Positions 39,364-49,821 of a stretch of DNA of 64,000 bases are shown here, one piece after another; position 1 is the first letter of the stretch, and each line of letters begins with the position of its first letter. The translations under genes and the position numbers were made by a program. The notes under the pieces were generated by a model, which saw only the letters and a list, made by a program, of their open reading frames with translations, was not told the origin of the DNA and did no database searches. Source of the stretch: Nitrosopumilaceae archaeon (GTDB lineage Archaea; Thermoproteota; Nitrososphaeria; Nitrososphaerales; Nitrosopumilaceae). The DNA lies in the NCBI GenBank assembly GCA_965203465.1, contig CBDBCR010000003.1, forward strand, positions 576,001 through 640,000, given 5' to 3'.

Positions 39364-40722
39364 TCAGGGCGCGGCGTCTTTGGGCGACGGATCCGACACC
39401 TCCCCCATGAACAGCACCAAGCCGCTCTGCTCGTCGTATATGGCAAACAGGAACGGCCGGTCGGCGTTGAAGTGGGGCGGCATGGATTCAATCGCAATCA
39501 CGATCGTAGTGACGGCCGCCGCCTCGGTCCCCTCTTCGTTCACCTTTACGTACGCGTCGTGCTTTGCCTTGTCGACGTAAAGGTTGCCTCGCAGAAGAGA
39601 AAGGTCGGCGATCCCGCTCAGATCTGCAAGTCTCTTATCAAAGGCGTCGGGCATCCCCATCTGTATGAGGCTGGATTTCAAATCGTAGCCCGTCTTGATC
39701 TCGAATTTTGGCAGCGACACCACGACCTCTTGCGGCGCCAGCATCCCGATATACTCGGACATTTTCCCGGCGGACAGTTCCAGTTGTTCGAGGCCGCCCT
39801 GCCCGCTAGGCAGCACAGCCAGCATGGAGAGCCTGTCCCCTTCGTACGGCAGCCGGAGAACTTGGGCGTCCCCCGTGTCGGCATAGTCAAATATGTCCGT
39901 CACGTGCATAAAGTCCGCGTCGACGACGTCCTTCCCGTCTTTCCAAAACTGGCCCTCTCGCGTGTTTTCTTTGGGGAACTGTACAAGCCAAGTCCCCTTG
40001 AAGTAGACGGCGTTGGTGATCACAGCGGCGGTGTCCCTGTCGACGTCCCTGTCGGACAGCACCTTTTGGATCTTGTCGCGCGTCTTTTCGGCGGCCCAGG
40101 CGTTCACCTTTTTGACGCCGGGTTTTCCCTCCCCCGCAAAGTCGACTTTTTCGGCCGTGGCAAGGTACGTCCGGCGCGCTATGTCCAGGTACTGCTCGTA
40201 CGGCTCGAACCAGTCCGCCAGCCACAGCGCGTTGGCCATCTCCAGTACCGCGTGCGGGTCTTCGGCGTTGAGCGCGGCCATCATGTGCGCGGAGGCCGCG
40301 TGACGTGTCGCAGCGTCCGGCTCGAACCCGAACACGCCCAGCATCTGCTCTGCCGTGCTGCCGCGCGCCCCCTCGTACAGCACGGAAAAGGCGGCATAGA
40401 TGCTGACCGGCGAGAAAAAGATGTTGGTTTCTTTCTCGGGCTCTTCTGAGTCCTCTCGTTCCTCGGACGCTTTTCTGTAAAAGTCAAAGGCGAATTCGTT
40501 GACCGATTCTGCAATACGCGGGAGCACCTCGGGCGAGCCGATGTCAGACGCGGATAGCACCTCGACGGGTTCGGGAGGTTCACTTGCAGGATCCTGCGCC
40601 ACTTTCGGCGCGGGCGCCGGCGGCGCGTCGGACGGCCCCGGAGAACTTTCAAGCGCGAACGCAAAGACGGCGACCGACGCCGCGGCCGCGATCGCAAGCA
40701 AGGCGACATGGACGCCCTTCAT
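39364..40722 (-). CDS. Secreted or membrane-anchored serpin
   Basis: NIFFSPVSI, NAVYFKGTW, VNEEGTEAAA hinge, FNADRPFLF; hydrophobic N-terminus and Pro-rich linker. Confidence 0.95.
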   Translation of the reverse strand: MKGVHVALLAIAAAASVAVFAFALESSPGPSDAPPAPAPKVAQDPASEPPEPVEVLSASDIGSPEVLPRIAESVNEFAFDFYRKASEEREDSEEPEKETNIFFSPVSIYAAFSVLYEGARGSTAEQMLGVFGFEPDAATRHAASAHMMAALNAEDPHAVLEMANALWLADWFEPYEQYLDIARRTYLATAEKVDFAGEGKPGVKKVNAWAAEKTRDKIQKVLSDRDVDRDTAAVITNAVYFKGTWLVQFPKENTREGQFWKDGKDVVDADFMHVTDIFDYADTGDAQVLRLPYEGDRLSMLAVLPSGQGGLEQLELSAGKMSEYIGMLAPQEVVVSLPKFEIKTGYDLKSSLIQMGMPDAFDKRLADLSGIADLSLLRGNLYVDKAKHDAYVKVNEEGTEAAAVTTIVIAIESMPPHFNADRPFLFAIYDEQSGLVLFMGEVSDPSPKDAAP

Positions 40723-41015
40723 AGTACCGCCGCCGGCTGTTCGCGCCCGGGCTCTACGCCCGAAGGCACCGGACGAGACGCGCGCGCCGGGCCGCGGTAC
40801 TGCCTGCAGGCGGGCGCGATCGGGATCAACGCTTAGGCCGGGGCCCGCTGCGTTATAACGTAATCAGAGGTTTCTTGCGCAAGCTGCCCGGCCCGCGCCC
40901 GCTGCGCGCGGCGAATCCAGGCGGCGCCGGCAGGGGCAGCCTTTACGCCCGTTCTACAGAACCAAAAGTACGAGTCCTTCCCAAGGCTTAATTACGAGCG
41001 CGGCGCCGTCGGCCC

Positions 41016-43898
41016 ATGAAACCCGTCGTGCTCGCTTGTGCGGCGCTCATGCTAGTGCCAGCGCTGGCGTCCGCCCAGTCCACCGACCAGATTGTGATAC
41101 AGCAGGGCCCCGACGCGTACGCGCGCGGCGAGGCCGCGTTCGTCTTTGGCAGCGTGGGCACGCAGGACGACGGCCTGCGCATAGCCGTACAGGTGGTCAA
41201 CCCGTCGGGCGACATGTGCAACGTGCAGCAGACCGCGCCGCTCGACGACGGCTCGTTCGTCAGCGAGCCAGTGCGCCTCTCCGGGCCCGTCTGCGGCCAG
41301 GCGGGCGACTACCAGATCCGCGTCTTTTACGGCGACAGCACGGAGACCGCCGCCTTCCAAGTCTCGGCGACTCCGGCCGCGCCCGGGCTGGAGCCGGCGG
41401 ACTTGGTGGACGAAAAGATATCCGACCTGCGCGAGGCCGGCATCGACGTATCTCAGCAGCGCCGGAGCGGCAGCCTGCACGATCAGTACGTGGACTTGTG
41501 GGACCGCTACAACGCGCCCGACGCCATGCTGGGCGTCTCGGTGCAGGCGAGGCCGGCCGTCCAGGCGGCCCTAGACGCCAGCGCCCGCCTCTTGGAGTCG
41601 GGCGGCATAGAGTACGACCGCTCAAAGCAGATAGACCGCGCCGTGTACTCTGCCATATTCAACTACGAGACCGGCCAGCGCGCCGAGGGCATAGGCCTGC
41701 TCAGCGAGGCGTTCGGGATGCTGCGCGAATCGGGGGCCACGCAGTCGGGCGCCCGGATCACCTTCGACGACCTCGAAGAGACGCTGGCCAACCTGATGGT
41801 AAAGAACGACACGATACTGAGCGGCCAGGTAAAGGAGAGCCTGGCCTTCGTGCTGGCCCGCGGCACGGCCCCGCTGGTCGCCGGCCAGCTGGCAGACACG
41901 GTGGACATGCTCACGAAGGCGCGCTACCTGGACGTGGTCTCGCGCAACGACTCTGCCCTGTACAGGCTGGTCAGCTCCGAGTGGGACCGCCTGCGGCTCA
42001 CCATGGTCGAGCGCACCTCGCTCGACTCGCTCTTGGAATCAAAGCCGGGCGTGGACCGGCTCCACGAGGCGGCCATCCTGCTGCGCCAGCTAGACGGCGT
42101 CGAGAGGTTCCTGCCGGACGGCGCGCAGGACGGCGAGATAGAGGCGCTCATCAGGCCCTCGTGGGAGGCGCTTGACGGCAGGATATCGGGCGCCGGCTCG
42201 GTCGCCGACATACTCGAAATGAGGGAGGAGATCGAGCGCATGAAAGAGGTCATCGACATATCCTCGCGCATATCGAGGACCGTGCAGATAGCCTCCTCGA
42301 CCGGCCTGGATCCGGGGTACTCGTCGGGCTGGAACCGGATGCTGGAGCGCGTCTCGCAGGCCTCGTCGCTGGCCCAGATAGAGGGGATAATATCGGAGTT
42401 CGAGCAGAGCATAATCGATCTGCGCGAGAACCGCAGCCCGCTAGCCCACCTGCGCCTCGAATACGAGAGGCTCAGGCAGCAGGCGCAGCTGAGGGACGAC
42501 ACGGCCAGCCTCGTCGACATCGAGAGGGCCCTGCGCATAATAAAGTCGGCCGAAAACACCGGCCACGGCACCTCGCAGGTGGACAGCATAGAGGTTCTCC
42601 TCGCGTGGGCCAGCCAGAGGGCGCCGGTCATACAGGCCTCGCTGAGCACGACGAGCAGCGCCGAGGCCACCAGGGAGCGCACCGCCGACATCCTGCAGCG
42701 CATACAGTCGCTGGACAATTTGGTGGAGCTGAGCATCGTAAAGAGCAGGTTCCTGCCCGGCTTTGTGGACTTTACCAGATCCGTGGAAGATGGCATAAAG
42801 GAGGCGCGCCAGAAGGTCATCGACGGCGACCTGGCCTCGGCCGACGCGCAGATACGCGAGCTGTTCTCGGAGTGGCGCACCGTGACTGCCGCCTACGAAA
42901 AGGAGCCGGGCATGTCCCACTCGCTCGACGATCTCAAGCGCAGGGACTACGGCGAGCGGCTCGACGAGTACGAGGAGGCGGCCGGCAACTTCGACAGCCC
43001 CGGGTTCGACGAGCACGAGCAGGGGTACGAGGACATGGACAGAAGGGCCCGGAGCATGCTGGAATACGGCAACTTTGCCGACGCCGAGCTGGAGATAAAC
43101 CGCATAGGGGACTACCTGGCCGAGAACCTGGCGCTAAAGCACCCCGGCATATTCTTCGAGATCGAGTACGAGGGCGACGCGTGGACGCTTTCGGGCGCCG
43201 TCGACAAGGACTACAACGAGCGCGAAAAGATAACCGTGAGCATATACGACGAGAACCGCGAAAGGCAGGGCGTCCTGGAGATGTTCGACACGCGCCAGGG
43301 CACGTTCTTCACCAGGTGGGAAGAGCCCGTCGAGCCGGGCCTGTACGTGGTCATGCTCCAGTACCGCGACAGGGAGGCATCCAACATCGTGCACGTCGAG
43401 GAGGACATAGTCCACGAGCCGGACGCCGGCGAGCTGGACGTGCAGGTCTTTTCGCGCGAGTTCACCGAGCTCGAGAGGTTCATGCGCGAGTACGGCGGCG
43501 ATCGCGCGTCCAACCCGCGCATAGCAGAGGCGGGCGAAAAGGTGCGAGAGGGACTGGCCGAGCGCGATCAGGCGGCCGTCTCGTCGGGCATGCAGGACCT
43601 GCAGATGCTCATCGAGAGGTACCTGCCGGTCAGGCACAGGGACGCGGTGATCGACGCGGCCTACGGGCCCGGCGGCCTCGAGATGTCCGGCGCCGTGCGC
43701 AAGTCCGTCGCGTTCAGCGAGGACCTGTTCGTCGACGTGCGCGACCAGCGCGGCGACTTGGTCGCCTCGGTGGCGCTAAAGGACGACGCGGCCGGCATGT
43801 TTTCTGCCAGCGTCGCAGAGAGCCTAGATCCGGGCATGCACGTGGTCCTGCTCGAATACCACGACATCACCGTGACCGACTTTTTCTCAGTCCGCTGA
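41016..43898 (+). CDS. Large secreted hypothetical protein (beta domain, long helical region, beta domains)
   Basis: Signal peptide, 960-aa ORF with typical codon usage. Confidence 0.8.
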   Translation: MKPVVLACAALMLVPALASAQSTDQIVIQQGPDAYARGEAAFVFGSVGTQDDGLRIAVQVVNPSGDMCNVQQTAPLDDGSFVSEPVRLSGPVCGQAGDYQIRVFYGDSTETAAFQVSATPAAPGLEPADLVDEKISDLREAGIDVSQQRRSGSLHDQYVDLWDRYNAPDAMLGVSVQARPAVQAALDASARLLESGGIEYDRSKQIDRAVYSAIFNYETGQRAEGIGLLSEAFGMLRESGATQSGARITFDDLEETLANLMVKNDTILSGQVKESLAFVLARGTAPLVAGQLADTVDMLTKARYLDVVSRNDSALYRLVSSEWDRLRLTMVERTSLDSLLESKPGVDRLHEAAILLRQLDGVERFLPDGAQDGEIEALIRPSWEALDGRISGAGSVADILEMREEIERMKEVIDISSRISRTVQIASSTGLDPGYSSGWNRMLERVSQASSLAQIEGIISEFEQSIIDLRENRSPLAHLRLEYERLRQQAQLRDDTASLVDIERALRIIKSAENTGHGTSQVDSIEVLLAWASQRAPVIQASLSTTSSAEATRERTADILQRIQSLDNLVELSIVKSRFLPGFVDFTRSVEDGIKEARQKVIDGDLASADAQIRELFSEWRTVTAAYEKEPGMSHSLDDLKRRDYGERLDEYEEAAGNFDSPGFDEHEQGYEDMDRRARSMLEYGNFADAELEINRIGDYLAENLALKHPGIFFEIEYEGDAWTLSGAVDKDYNEREKITVSIYDENRERQGVLEMFDTRQGTFFTRWEEPVEPGLYVVMLQYRDREASNIVHVEEDIVHEPDAGELDVQVFSREFTELERFMREYGGDRASNPRIAEAGEKVREGLAERDQAAVSSGMQDLQMLIERYLPVRHRDAVIDAAYGPGGLEMSGAVRKSVAFSEDLFVDVRDQRGDLVASVALKDDAAGMFSASVAESLDPGMHVVLLEYHDITVTDFFSVR

Positions 43899-45069
43899 GC
43901 CCGAGGCCCCTTGCCAGCAGGCCGGGGTGGCGCAGGGCCGCGCGGGCCGCTTGCGAAAACCCGAAATCGGCGCGTATGAACGATTCGAGCTCGCCTGCGT
44001 CCAGATCGGTTATGGCGTCGAGCTCGGCGTCCCACTGCCCGTCGTCGAGGCCTATCCAGCGCGACTGTATGCGGCCGGCCCTGCGCAGGCTCGAGCCTAT
44101 GTGGCGCTTCCACTCTTTTTCGTAGGGGAGCAGGGCGCGCGCCGAGCCCGACGGCAGCGCGGCGGCGGCCGCGCGCCCGGCCAGCGCGCCGAACCGCACC
44201 GCGTACCTGATCCCCTCCAGGACGAGCGGGTTTGCGTGGCCGGCCGCGTCGCCGACCATCATCAGGCCGTCGGCTACGGTGCGGCCGGCCGGCCCGTCGT
44301 TGGGTATCAGGCCGTAGTGGTACTCTGTCTTTTCCAGCCTGCCCAGATCCCCTACCGGCCCCGTCCCTTGCGAGATCAGCCTATCCAGTATCTCCTTCGG
44401 GTCGGCGCCCGATTCGGGCCTGCCCACCCCGACGCCGACGCGCGCGCGCCCGCCGCCCAGCGGGAAGATCCACGCGTACCCGGCGGGCGAGTACTTTCTT
44501 CCCACCATCAGGTGCCACGTGTCGTCGCGCACCGACTCTGCGCGCACCTCGTACTCGGCGCCGGCCCCGAACCTCTTCCAGCGCCCCGCCGCGCCGGCCG
44601 AGCGCGAGAGCACCCGGGCAAAGCCGCCCGCGTCTATGGTCACGCGCGCCCTGATCTCGGACGTGTTTCCGCCGCGCACCACCGAGGCCCCCACGACGCG
44701 CCCGCCCGAGACGAGCGCCCCCGAGGCCGCGGCCGACGTGATTATCCGGGCGCCGGCCTTTTGCGCGGCGGCGGCAAGCCACCTGTACGTGCCGCGCACG
44801 TCTAGCACCGCGGCCCGCTCCTTTCCGTCGCCTGCGACCACGGTTTTGGACGGCGAGCAGAACGAAAAGCGGCTAACCGGGTTGTACAGGCTGCGCGGTA
44901 CGCCGAACTCGCGCACGTCCCTCATCCACGTCACGCCGCTTGTCCGCACTGTCTGGGCTATGGACGCCTCCTTTTCGATCAGCACCGTATCGGCGCCTGC
45001 CGCGGCCGCCTCGCGCGCGGCGCACGAGCCGGCCGGCCCGCCGCCTATTACCAGCACGTCGCACTCCAA
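43867..45069 (-). CDS. Geranylgeranyl reductase family (archaeal lipid saturation)
   Basis: DVLVIGGGPAG, PAGYAWIFP, VGDAAG..NPL..EGI. Confidence 0.88.
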   Translation of the reverse strand: MECDVLVIGGGPAGSCAAREAAAAGADTVLIEKEASIAQTVRTSGVTWMRDVREFGVPRSLYNPVSRFSFCSPSKTVVAGDGKERAAVLDVRGTYRWLAAAAQKAGARIITSAAASGALVSGGRVVGASVVRGGNTSEIRARVTIDAGGFARVLSRSAGAAGRWKRFGAGAEYEVRAESVRDDTWHLMVGRKYSPAGYAWIFPLGGGRARVGVGVGRPESGADPKEILDRLISQGTGPVGDLGRLEKTEYHYGLIPNDGPAGRTVADGLMMVGDAAGHANPLVLEGIRYAVRFGALAGRAAAAALPSGSARALLPYEKEWKRHIGSSLRRAGRIQSRWIGLDDGQWDAELDAITDLDAGELESFIRADFGFSQAARAALRHPGLLARGLGLSGLRKSRSR

Positions 45070-45102
45070 CCTGTACCGCGTTCGGCGCCCCCGTATATTG
45101 AA

Positions 45103-45309
45103 CTATTTGAGGACGGGCTTGCCGTCCCCGTCGCTCTTGCGCTCCTGATCGAAGATGTCGGGGTGGGCCGCGTCGCGGTGCATGTAGCTGTGCGACTGAC
45201 CCGGGGCCTTGCGGCAGAACTTTTTGTGCACGGCCTCTTCTATCTTGAGCGTGGTCTCGTTTTCGTGGAACATGCGCTTGCCGCACTCGGTGCAGGCCGA
45301 CTCTGGCAT
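45103..45309 (-). CDS. Small Zn-finger-like protein
   Basis: CTECGK...HKKFC; fits the gap between dys and GGR. Confidence 0.65.
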   Translation of the reverse strand: MPESACTECGKRMFHENETTLKIEEAVHKKFCRKAPGQSHSYMHRDAAHPDIFDQERKSDGDGKPVLK

Positions 45310-45330
45310 GCCCGCGGGCCCGGGCCCAAT

Positions 45331-46269
45331 CTATTTAGTCGTTTGGCGCGAGACCAGCGCCGCGTGCAAAAACGGCAGCACGGTCGTGGCCTCGGCGTGG
45401 ACGGTCACCTGGCGGGCGTCCTTCCTTACCTTGCCCCAGGACACGGCCTCGCGCACGTGCGCCCCGCTCAGGCTCCCGTCGAACTCCTGCGCGGTGGTCA
45501 CGTAGACGGCCCTGTCCAGGCCGCCGCGGTACTGGTTCCACCACAGCGTGTGGTGCTTTGATATGCCGCCGCCGAGCATCAGGGCGCCCGAGCTCTTGGC
45601 GCCGAAGACCCTGCCGGCCAGCAGGTCGGCGTCTGCCAGAACGTCGAGCCTAAAGTCTGGGTGCTTTTGCGCAAAGAGCCAGACCTGGCTGCCCACCGCG
45701 CCGTCCATGATGCCTGGCACCACCACGTCCACCCCGCGGTCGCGGGCGCGCCGCAGCAGGGAATCTGTCCCCAGGCCGGCACCGAGCACCCCGCACAGCT
45801 GCGCGGTCGAGAGCGAGCGGGTTCCCGAGGCGTACTCTGCCTCGAGCAGCTCCTGCACCTTTTCCTCGATGAGCGGCCCGTAGCTGGGCTGCGGCACCAC
45901 CACGTTGCCCAGCCGGTGCATCCCCGCGTCGGCAAGCTCGGCGTCGTCCATGGTGAACGAGCCCTCGAGGTACTCCGAGTGGTGCCTCGCTATGTCGTGG
46001 TCGAGGGCGCCGCACGTCGTTATCACCACGTCGAACCACCCGCGGCCTATCATGTCGCGCAGCACGCCGCGCAGGCCGGTCGAGACCAGCGCCCCGACGA
46101 ACGAGAGGAACCGCAGCTGTTCGCCGTCGCGCACCATGGAATCGAGTATCTCGAGGGCCGACGAGAGCGCCGGCGACTGGAACCCGCCCGACCGCGCCAT
46201 CTGATCGAAGACGCCGCCGATGTCCGTAGCCTCCCCCATGTCGCGCACGGGCCCGCCCGGTTCGGCCAT
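45331..46269 (-). CDS. dys: Deoxyhypusine synthase
   Basis: GALVSTGLRG, HRLGNV, LGGGISKHH, DGSLSGA..REAVSWGK. Confidence 0.95.
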   Translation of the reverse strand: MAEPGGPVRDMGEATDIGGVFDQMARSGGFQSPALSSALEILDSMVRDGEQLRFLSFVGALVSTGLRGVLRDMIGRGWFDVVITTCGALDHDIARHHSEYLEGSFTMDDAELADAGMHRLGNVVVPQPSYGPLIEEKVQELLEAEYASGTRSLSTAQLCGVLGAGLGTDSLLRRARDRGVDVVVPGIMDGAVGSQVWLFAQKHPDFRLDVLADADLLAGRVFGAKSSGALMLGGGISKHHTLWWNQYRGGLDRAVYVTTAQEFDGSLSGAHVREAVSWGKVRKDARQVTVHAEATTVLPFLHAALVSRQTTK

Positions 46270-46554
46270 GCGCGCGCGGCTCCCCGGCGCCTATAAAACT
46301 CACGCGAGTTTTGGCCGGCGCGCCAAAGCGCGTCCGGGCCTGGCCGAAAAGATCCGCCCGCTCAAGGAGCGCGTTCTGTGTACGACGGCCCGCCCTGCGG
46401 AAATGCGCGGGCGCGCGATCGCGTCCACGCCCTCGGCGCCGATCACGCCTTTGGCGGCATCCACGCGTTGCGTGGAGGCTGCGCGTGCAGAGGCCGCCCG
46501 CAGGCATGGAGGGCGCGCAAATCCTTTTAACCGAACCGGGCGGTCTTGCGCCCT

Positions 46555-47949
46555 ATGGCGGTAGGCATAGACGACATCGCGCTGTACGTGCCCAGGCTGT
46601 ACGTGGACGCGGCAGACTTTGCGGCCGCGCGCGGCCTGGATCCGTCAAAGCTGCAAAAGGGCCTCGGCGTCTCGCAGATGGCCATAGTAGATTCGAACCA
46701 AGATCCGGCGTGCCTGGCCGCCAACGCGTGCCTCAAGATAATGCGCGACAACCGCCTCTCGCCGGAGGACATCGGGCGCCTGTACGTCTCGACGGAATCC
46801 TCGTTCGACGAATCAAAGGCCATGAACGCGTTCGTAATCGGCATGCTAGAGCAGGTCTACGGGCAGGGCGCCTTTGAGCACTGCGGCGGCGTCGAGACAA
46901 AGTTCGCCTGCGTGAGCGGCTCGTACGCCCTGTACGACAACGTAAACTGGATACGGGCCGGCGAGGCCGAGGGCAAGGCCGCCCTGGTGGTCGTCTCGGA
47001 CATCGCAAAGTACGACATGGGCTCGAGCGGCGAGATGACGCAGGGGGCCGGCGCGGTCGCCATGCTGCTCAACGACAGGCCCCGCCTGCTCGGATTCGAT
47101 CCGCGCGTGACGGCCACGTCCATACGCGACGAGTACGACTTTTACCGGCCGTTCGGCAAAGAGACCCCCATAGTCCACGGCCAGTACTCCAACCTGCTGT
47201 ACCTGATACAGATGCGCAAGGCCCTCGACCTGTACAAGAAAAAGGCCCACGATGCGGGCATCATACGGCCCGCCGAGGGCGAGTCGGTCCTGGATCACAT
47301 AGACTACATCAACATGCACCTGCCCTACAGCAACATGGGCCGCAAGGCCCTCGCGTACCTCGTCCGGCACGAGTGGCGCGACCTGCCCGTCTGGCGCGAG
47401 ATAATAAAAGAGACGGGCATGGAGGAGCCCATGCCGCGCGACCCGCGCGGCACCGTGGAGTCGGTGCTGGGCGACCACGAGTTCATGGAGCGCGACCACG
47501 AGTTCACGCGCAGGTTCATCGCCACCCGAGAGTACCGCAGCCTGTACGAGCAAAAGCTGGCAAGCTCCCTGGTGGCATCAAAGATGATAGGCAACCTGTA
47601 CACCGCGTCGCTGTACTTGGGGTTCAGGAGCAGCCTCGAGTTCGAGCACCGCAAGGGCGCCGAGCTTGCCGGCAAGAGGATAGGCTTCGGCTCGTACGGC
47701 TCGGGGAGCAGCGCCATGGTCTTCAGCGGGACGGTGCAGCCCGGGTACCTGGAGGTGGTCGAAAAGATGGACCTGGAGGCCGAGATCGGCCCGCGCACGC
47801 GCCTCAGCCTGCAAGAGTACGAGGACTTGCACGAGAACAGGCGCTCGCCGGACAGGCCGCTGCTGGAGGCGAGCAAGGAGTTCGTCCTCATAGACATAAA
47901 GACGGCCCCGGATTCGCGCGGGGAAAGAAGGTACGGGTTCTGCGAGTGA
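46555..47949 (+). CDS. Hydroxymethylglutaryl-CoA synthase
   Basis: VGIDDI, TESSFDESK, KFACVSG (catalytic Cys), TQGAGA, HLPY, GNLYTASL, SYGSG. Confidence 0.93.
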   Translation: MAVGIDDIALYVPRLYVDAADFAAARGLDPSKLQKGLGVSQMAIVDSNQDPACLAANACLKIMRDNRLSPEDIGRLYVSTESSFDESKAMNAFVIGMLEQVYGQGAFEHCGGVETKFACVSGSYALYDNVNWIRAGEAEGKAALVVVSDIAKYDMGSSGEMTQGAGAVAMLLNDRPRLLGFDPRVTATSIRDEYDFYRPFGKETPIVHGQYSNLLYLIQMRKALDLYKKKAHDAGIIRPAEGESVLDHIDYINMHLPYSNMGRKALAYLVRHEWRDLPVWREIIKETGMEEPMPRDPRGTVESVLGDHEFMERDHEFTRRFIATREYRSLYEQKLASSLVASKMIGNLYTASLYLGFRSSLEFEHRKGAELAGKRIGFGSYGSGSSAMVFSGTVQPGYLEVVEKMDLEAEIGPRTRLSLQEYEDLHENRRSPDRPLLEASKEFVLIDIKTAPDSRGERRYGFCE

Positions 47950-48434
47950 GCGCAAAAGAGGCGGTCTACGCCGCCCTGCCGGCCGATGCCGAGGTGGTGC
48001 GCGCCTACGGGGAGGGGCGCCTCGAAGGGATCGTCGGAAGGGTGCTGGACGGCTGCGCGGGGCTCGACGAGACAGAGCTGTACACGGTCGTGCTGCACTA
48101 CCTGCTCGCCGTCACGGGCGTGCCCTCGCAGCGCAAGGTCGAGGCTGGCGGGGCGCAGATAGACATCGTGGTGCCCGACCTTGCTACTCTCCGGCGCCGG
48201 CCGTCGGCCGCCCTCGTCGTATGCGTGTGCGGGGCAGCCGGGGCGGAAGGCCGGGCGCGCGAGGCCGCCCGCGTCCAGCCGGATCCGCGCAACGTGTGGA
48301 TGGCCTGCCCCGAGGCCGTGCCCGGGTACATGACGTTCTCGGGCCCCCGCATCGGGGCGCTTCCGGGAGAGGCGGCCCGTTTTTTGGAGCGCGCCGGCTC
48401 CGGGCGGCTGCGCATACTGGGCGCTAGGGGCTGA
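47946..48434 (+). CDS. Hypothetical protein
   Basis: GTG overlaps the HMGS stop; PSQRKV...IDIVVPD. Confidence 0.65.
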   Translation: MSAKEAVYAALPADAEVVRAYGEGRLEGIVGRVLDGCAGLDETELYTVVLHYLLAVTGVPSQRKVEAGGAQIDIVVPDLATLRRRPSAALVVCVCGAAGAEGRAREAARVQPDPRNVWMACPEAVPGYMTFSGPRIGALPGEAARFLERAGSGRLRILGARG

Positions 48435-49113
48435 GCATGGCCCGTATGTCCACCTGCTCGGCCGCGTCGGCCAAGTCTTCGGGGTCGGCCGAGTTTGCCG
48501 TGCCGCACACGCCGGACACCGGCAGCCCCATGTCCTTCAGATCGTCGGCGAGCTGATCTCCGTCGTAGCCCCCCTCGGATCTGCCGCCGCCCACCACGAG
48601 CCCCGCCAGCCGGACGCCCGCCGCGCCGCACGCCCTCGTGGCCGCCGCGGCCTGCCCCTGCGCGCCCATCCTGCGCGAGACGACCACCGCCACGGGCATC
48701 CCCGCCTGGCGCGCGAGGTCGCACGCGTTGTAGTCCGCCTGTATGGGGGACATCGCGCCGCCTATCCCCTCCACTATGACCGCCTCGTGCGCGGCGCGCA
48801 TGCGCGCGAGCGCCTCTAGCGCGGCGCCCACGTCCACGCGGCAGCCGTGCCGCTTTTGCGCCGAAAACGGCGAGCACGGGTGCGGGAAAAACTGCGGGCA
48901 GACATCCTCGGGCGCCTCCCGGGAGCGCGCGGCCTCCATCAGCATCCGCACGTCGGCCGAGCGGTATTTGGTGCCGTCCGGCGCGCCGGAAGCGAACGGC
49001 TTCATCACCCCCACGTCGGTCCCGCCCCGGAGCAGGGCGCGCGCGGCGCCGGCGGCAAACCACGTCTTGCCCACGCCGGTGTCGGTCCCCAATACGAAAA
49101 GCGCGCCGGTCAT
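48424..49113 (-). CDS. bioD: Dethiobiotin synthase
   Basis: GTDTGVGKT, VGVMKP, VEGIGG. Confidence 0.92.
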   Translation of the reverse strand: MTGALFVLGTDTGVGKTWFAAGAARALLRGGTDVGVMKPFASGAPDGTKYRSADVRMLMEAARSREAPEDVCPQFFPHPCSPFSAQKRHGCRVDVGAALEALARMRAAHEAVIVEGIGGAMSPIQADYNACDLARQAGMPVAVVVSRRMGAQGQAAAATRACGAAGVRLAGLVVGGGRSEGGYDGDQLADDLKDMGLPVSGVCGTANSADPEDLADAAEQVDIRAMLSP

Positions 49114-49328
49114 TCCGAGCCCTGCACGTACCATTCCAGGTACGGCCGGAGCGGCGCGCACGCCTCGCGGGTCGGATCCTCCCTCGCGGAGGCTATCTTT
49201 TTGGAAAGGTACTCTTTTACCGGCCCGGTGCGCACCGTCCCGGCCACCTCCTCGAGCGCGTCCAGAATCTTTGACGGATCGGCCGACCCGTACTCTTTCA
49301 GAATCCTGCGCGCCTCGGCCGCGTCCAC
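49110..49328 (-). CDS. Hypothetical protein
   Basis: Stop overlaps the bioD start; helical ORF ending LRPYLEWYVQG. Confidence 0.6.
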   Translation of the reverse strand: MDAAEARRILKEYGSADPSKILDALEEVAGTVRTGPVKEYLSKKIASAREDPTREACAPLRPYLEWYVQGSE

Positions 49329-49352
49329 GGCCGGCGGCCCCGGGGCCCACCT

Positions 49353-49559
49353 TTATTCGTAGTGCAGCCGCTCGCCGACCAGTCCCAGCAGCAGGCCGGC
49401 TATGACGGCGCCTATCCCCAGCAGCCCGACGAACGTGCCCCCGTGCCGTGCCACGTCGGCCGCGTACGACGGGGGCGCCGACTGCCCCGCGAAGAACATG
49501 GCCAGGCCGGCCGCGACCATGGCCAGGCCGGCCGCGGCGGTGGCAGGTCCGGCCTTCAT
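49353..49559 (-). CDS. Small two-TM membrane protein
   Basis: Two hydrophobic helices around RHGGTF; TTTTAT about 25 nt upstream. Confidence 0.65.
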   Translation of the reverse strand: MKAGPATAAAGLAMVAAGLAMFFAGQSAPPSYAADVARHGGTFVGLLGIGAVIAGLLLGLVGERLHYE

Positions 49560-49821
49560 GGGGGCGGGGCCGGGGCGGGGCGCATAAAACCCATGCGAGC
49601 GGCCAAGGCGCGGTCTGCGTCTGCCGGTTTGGCCGGCCTGCCGCGCACACGATCTTGCGCGACGTTCCGGAAAACCAGCTTCGGGGGCCGGCCCGGGCGG
49701 GCGCCCCGGGTAGACGGAGTGCGAGTTTTTGCCGAATCCGGGGTTGCCGCGCAAATCCCCGAGCGGCTGAATTGCTCAACCCCGCCGAATCCCAAATGCA
49801 TGTACTCAAGACGGCCGGGTA

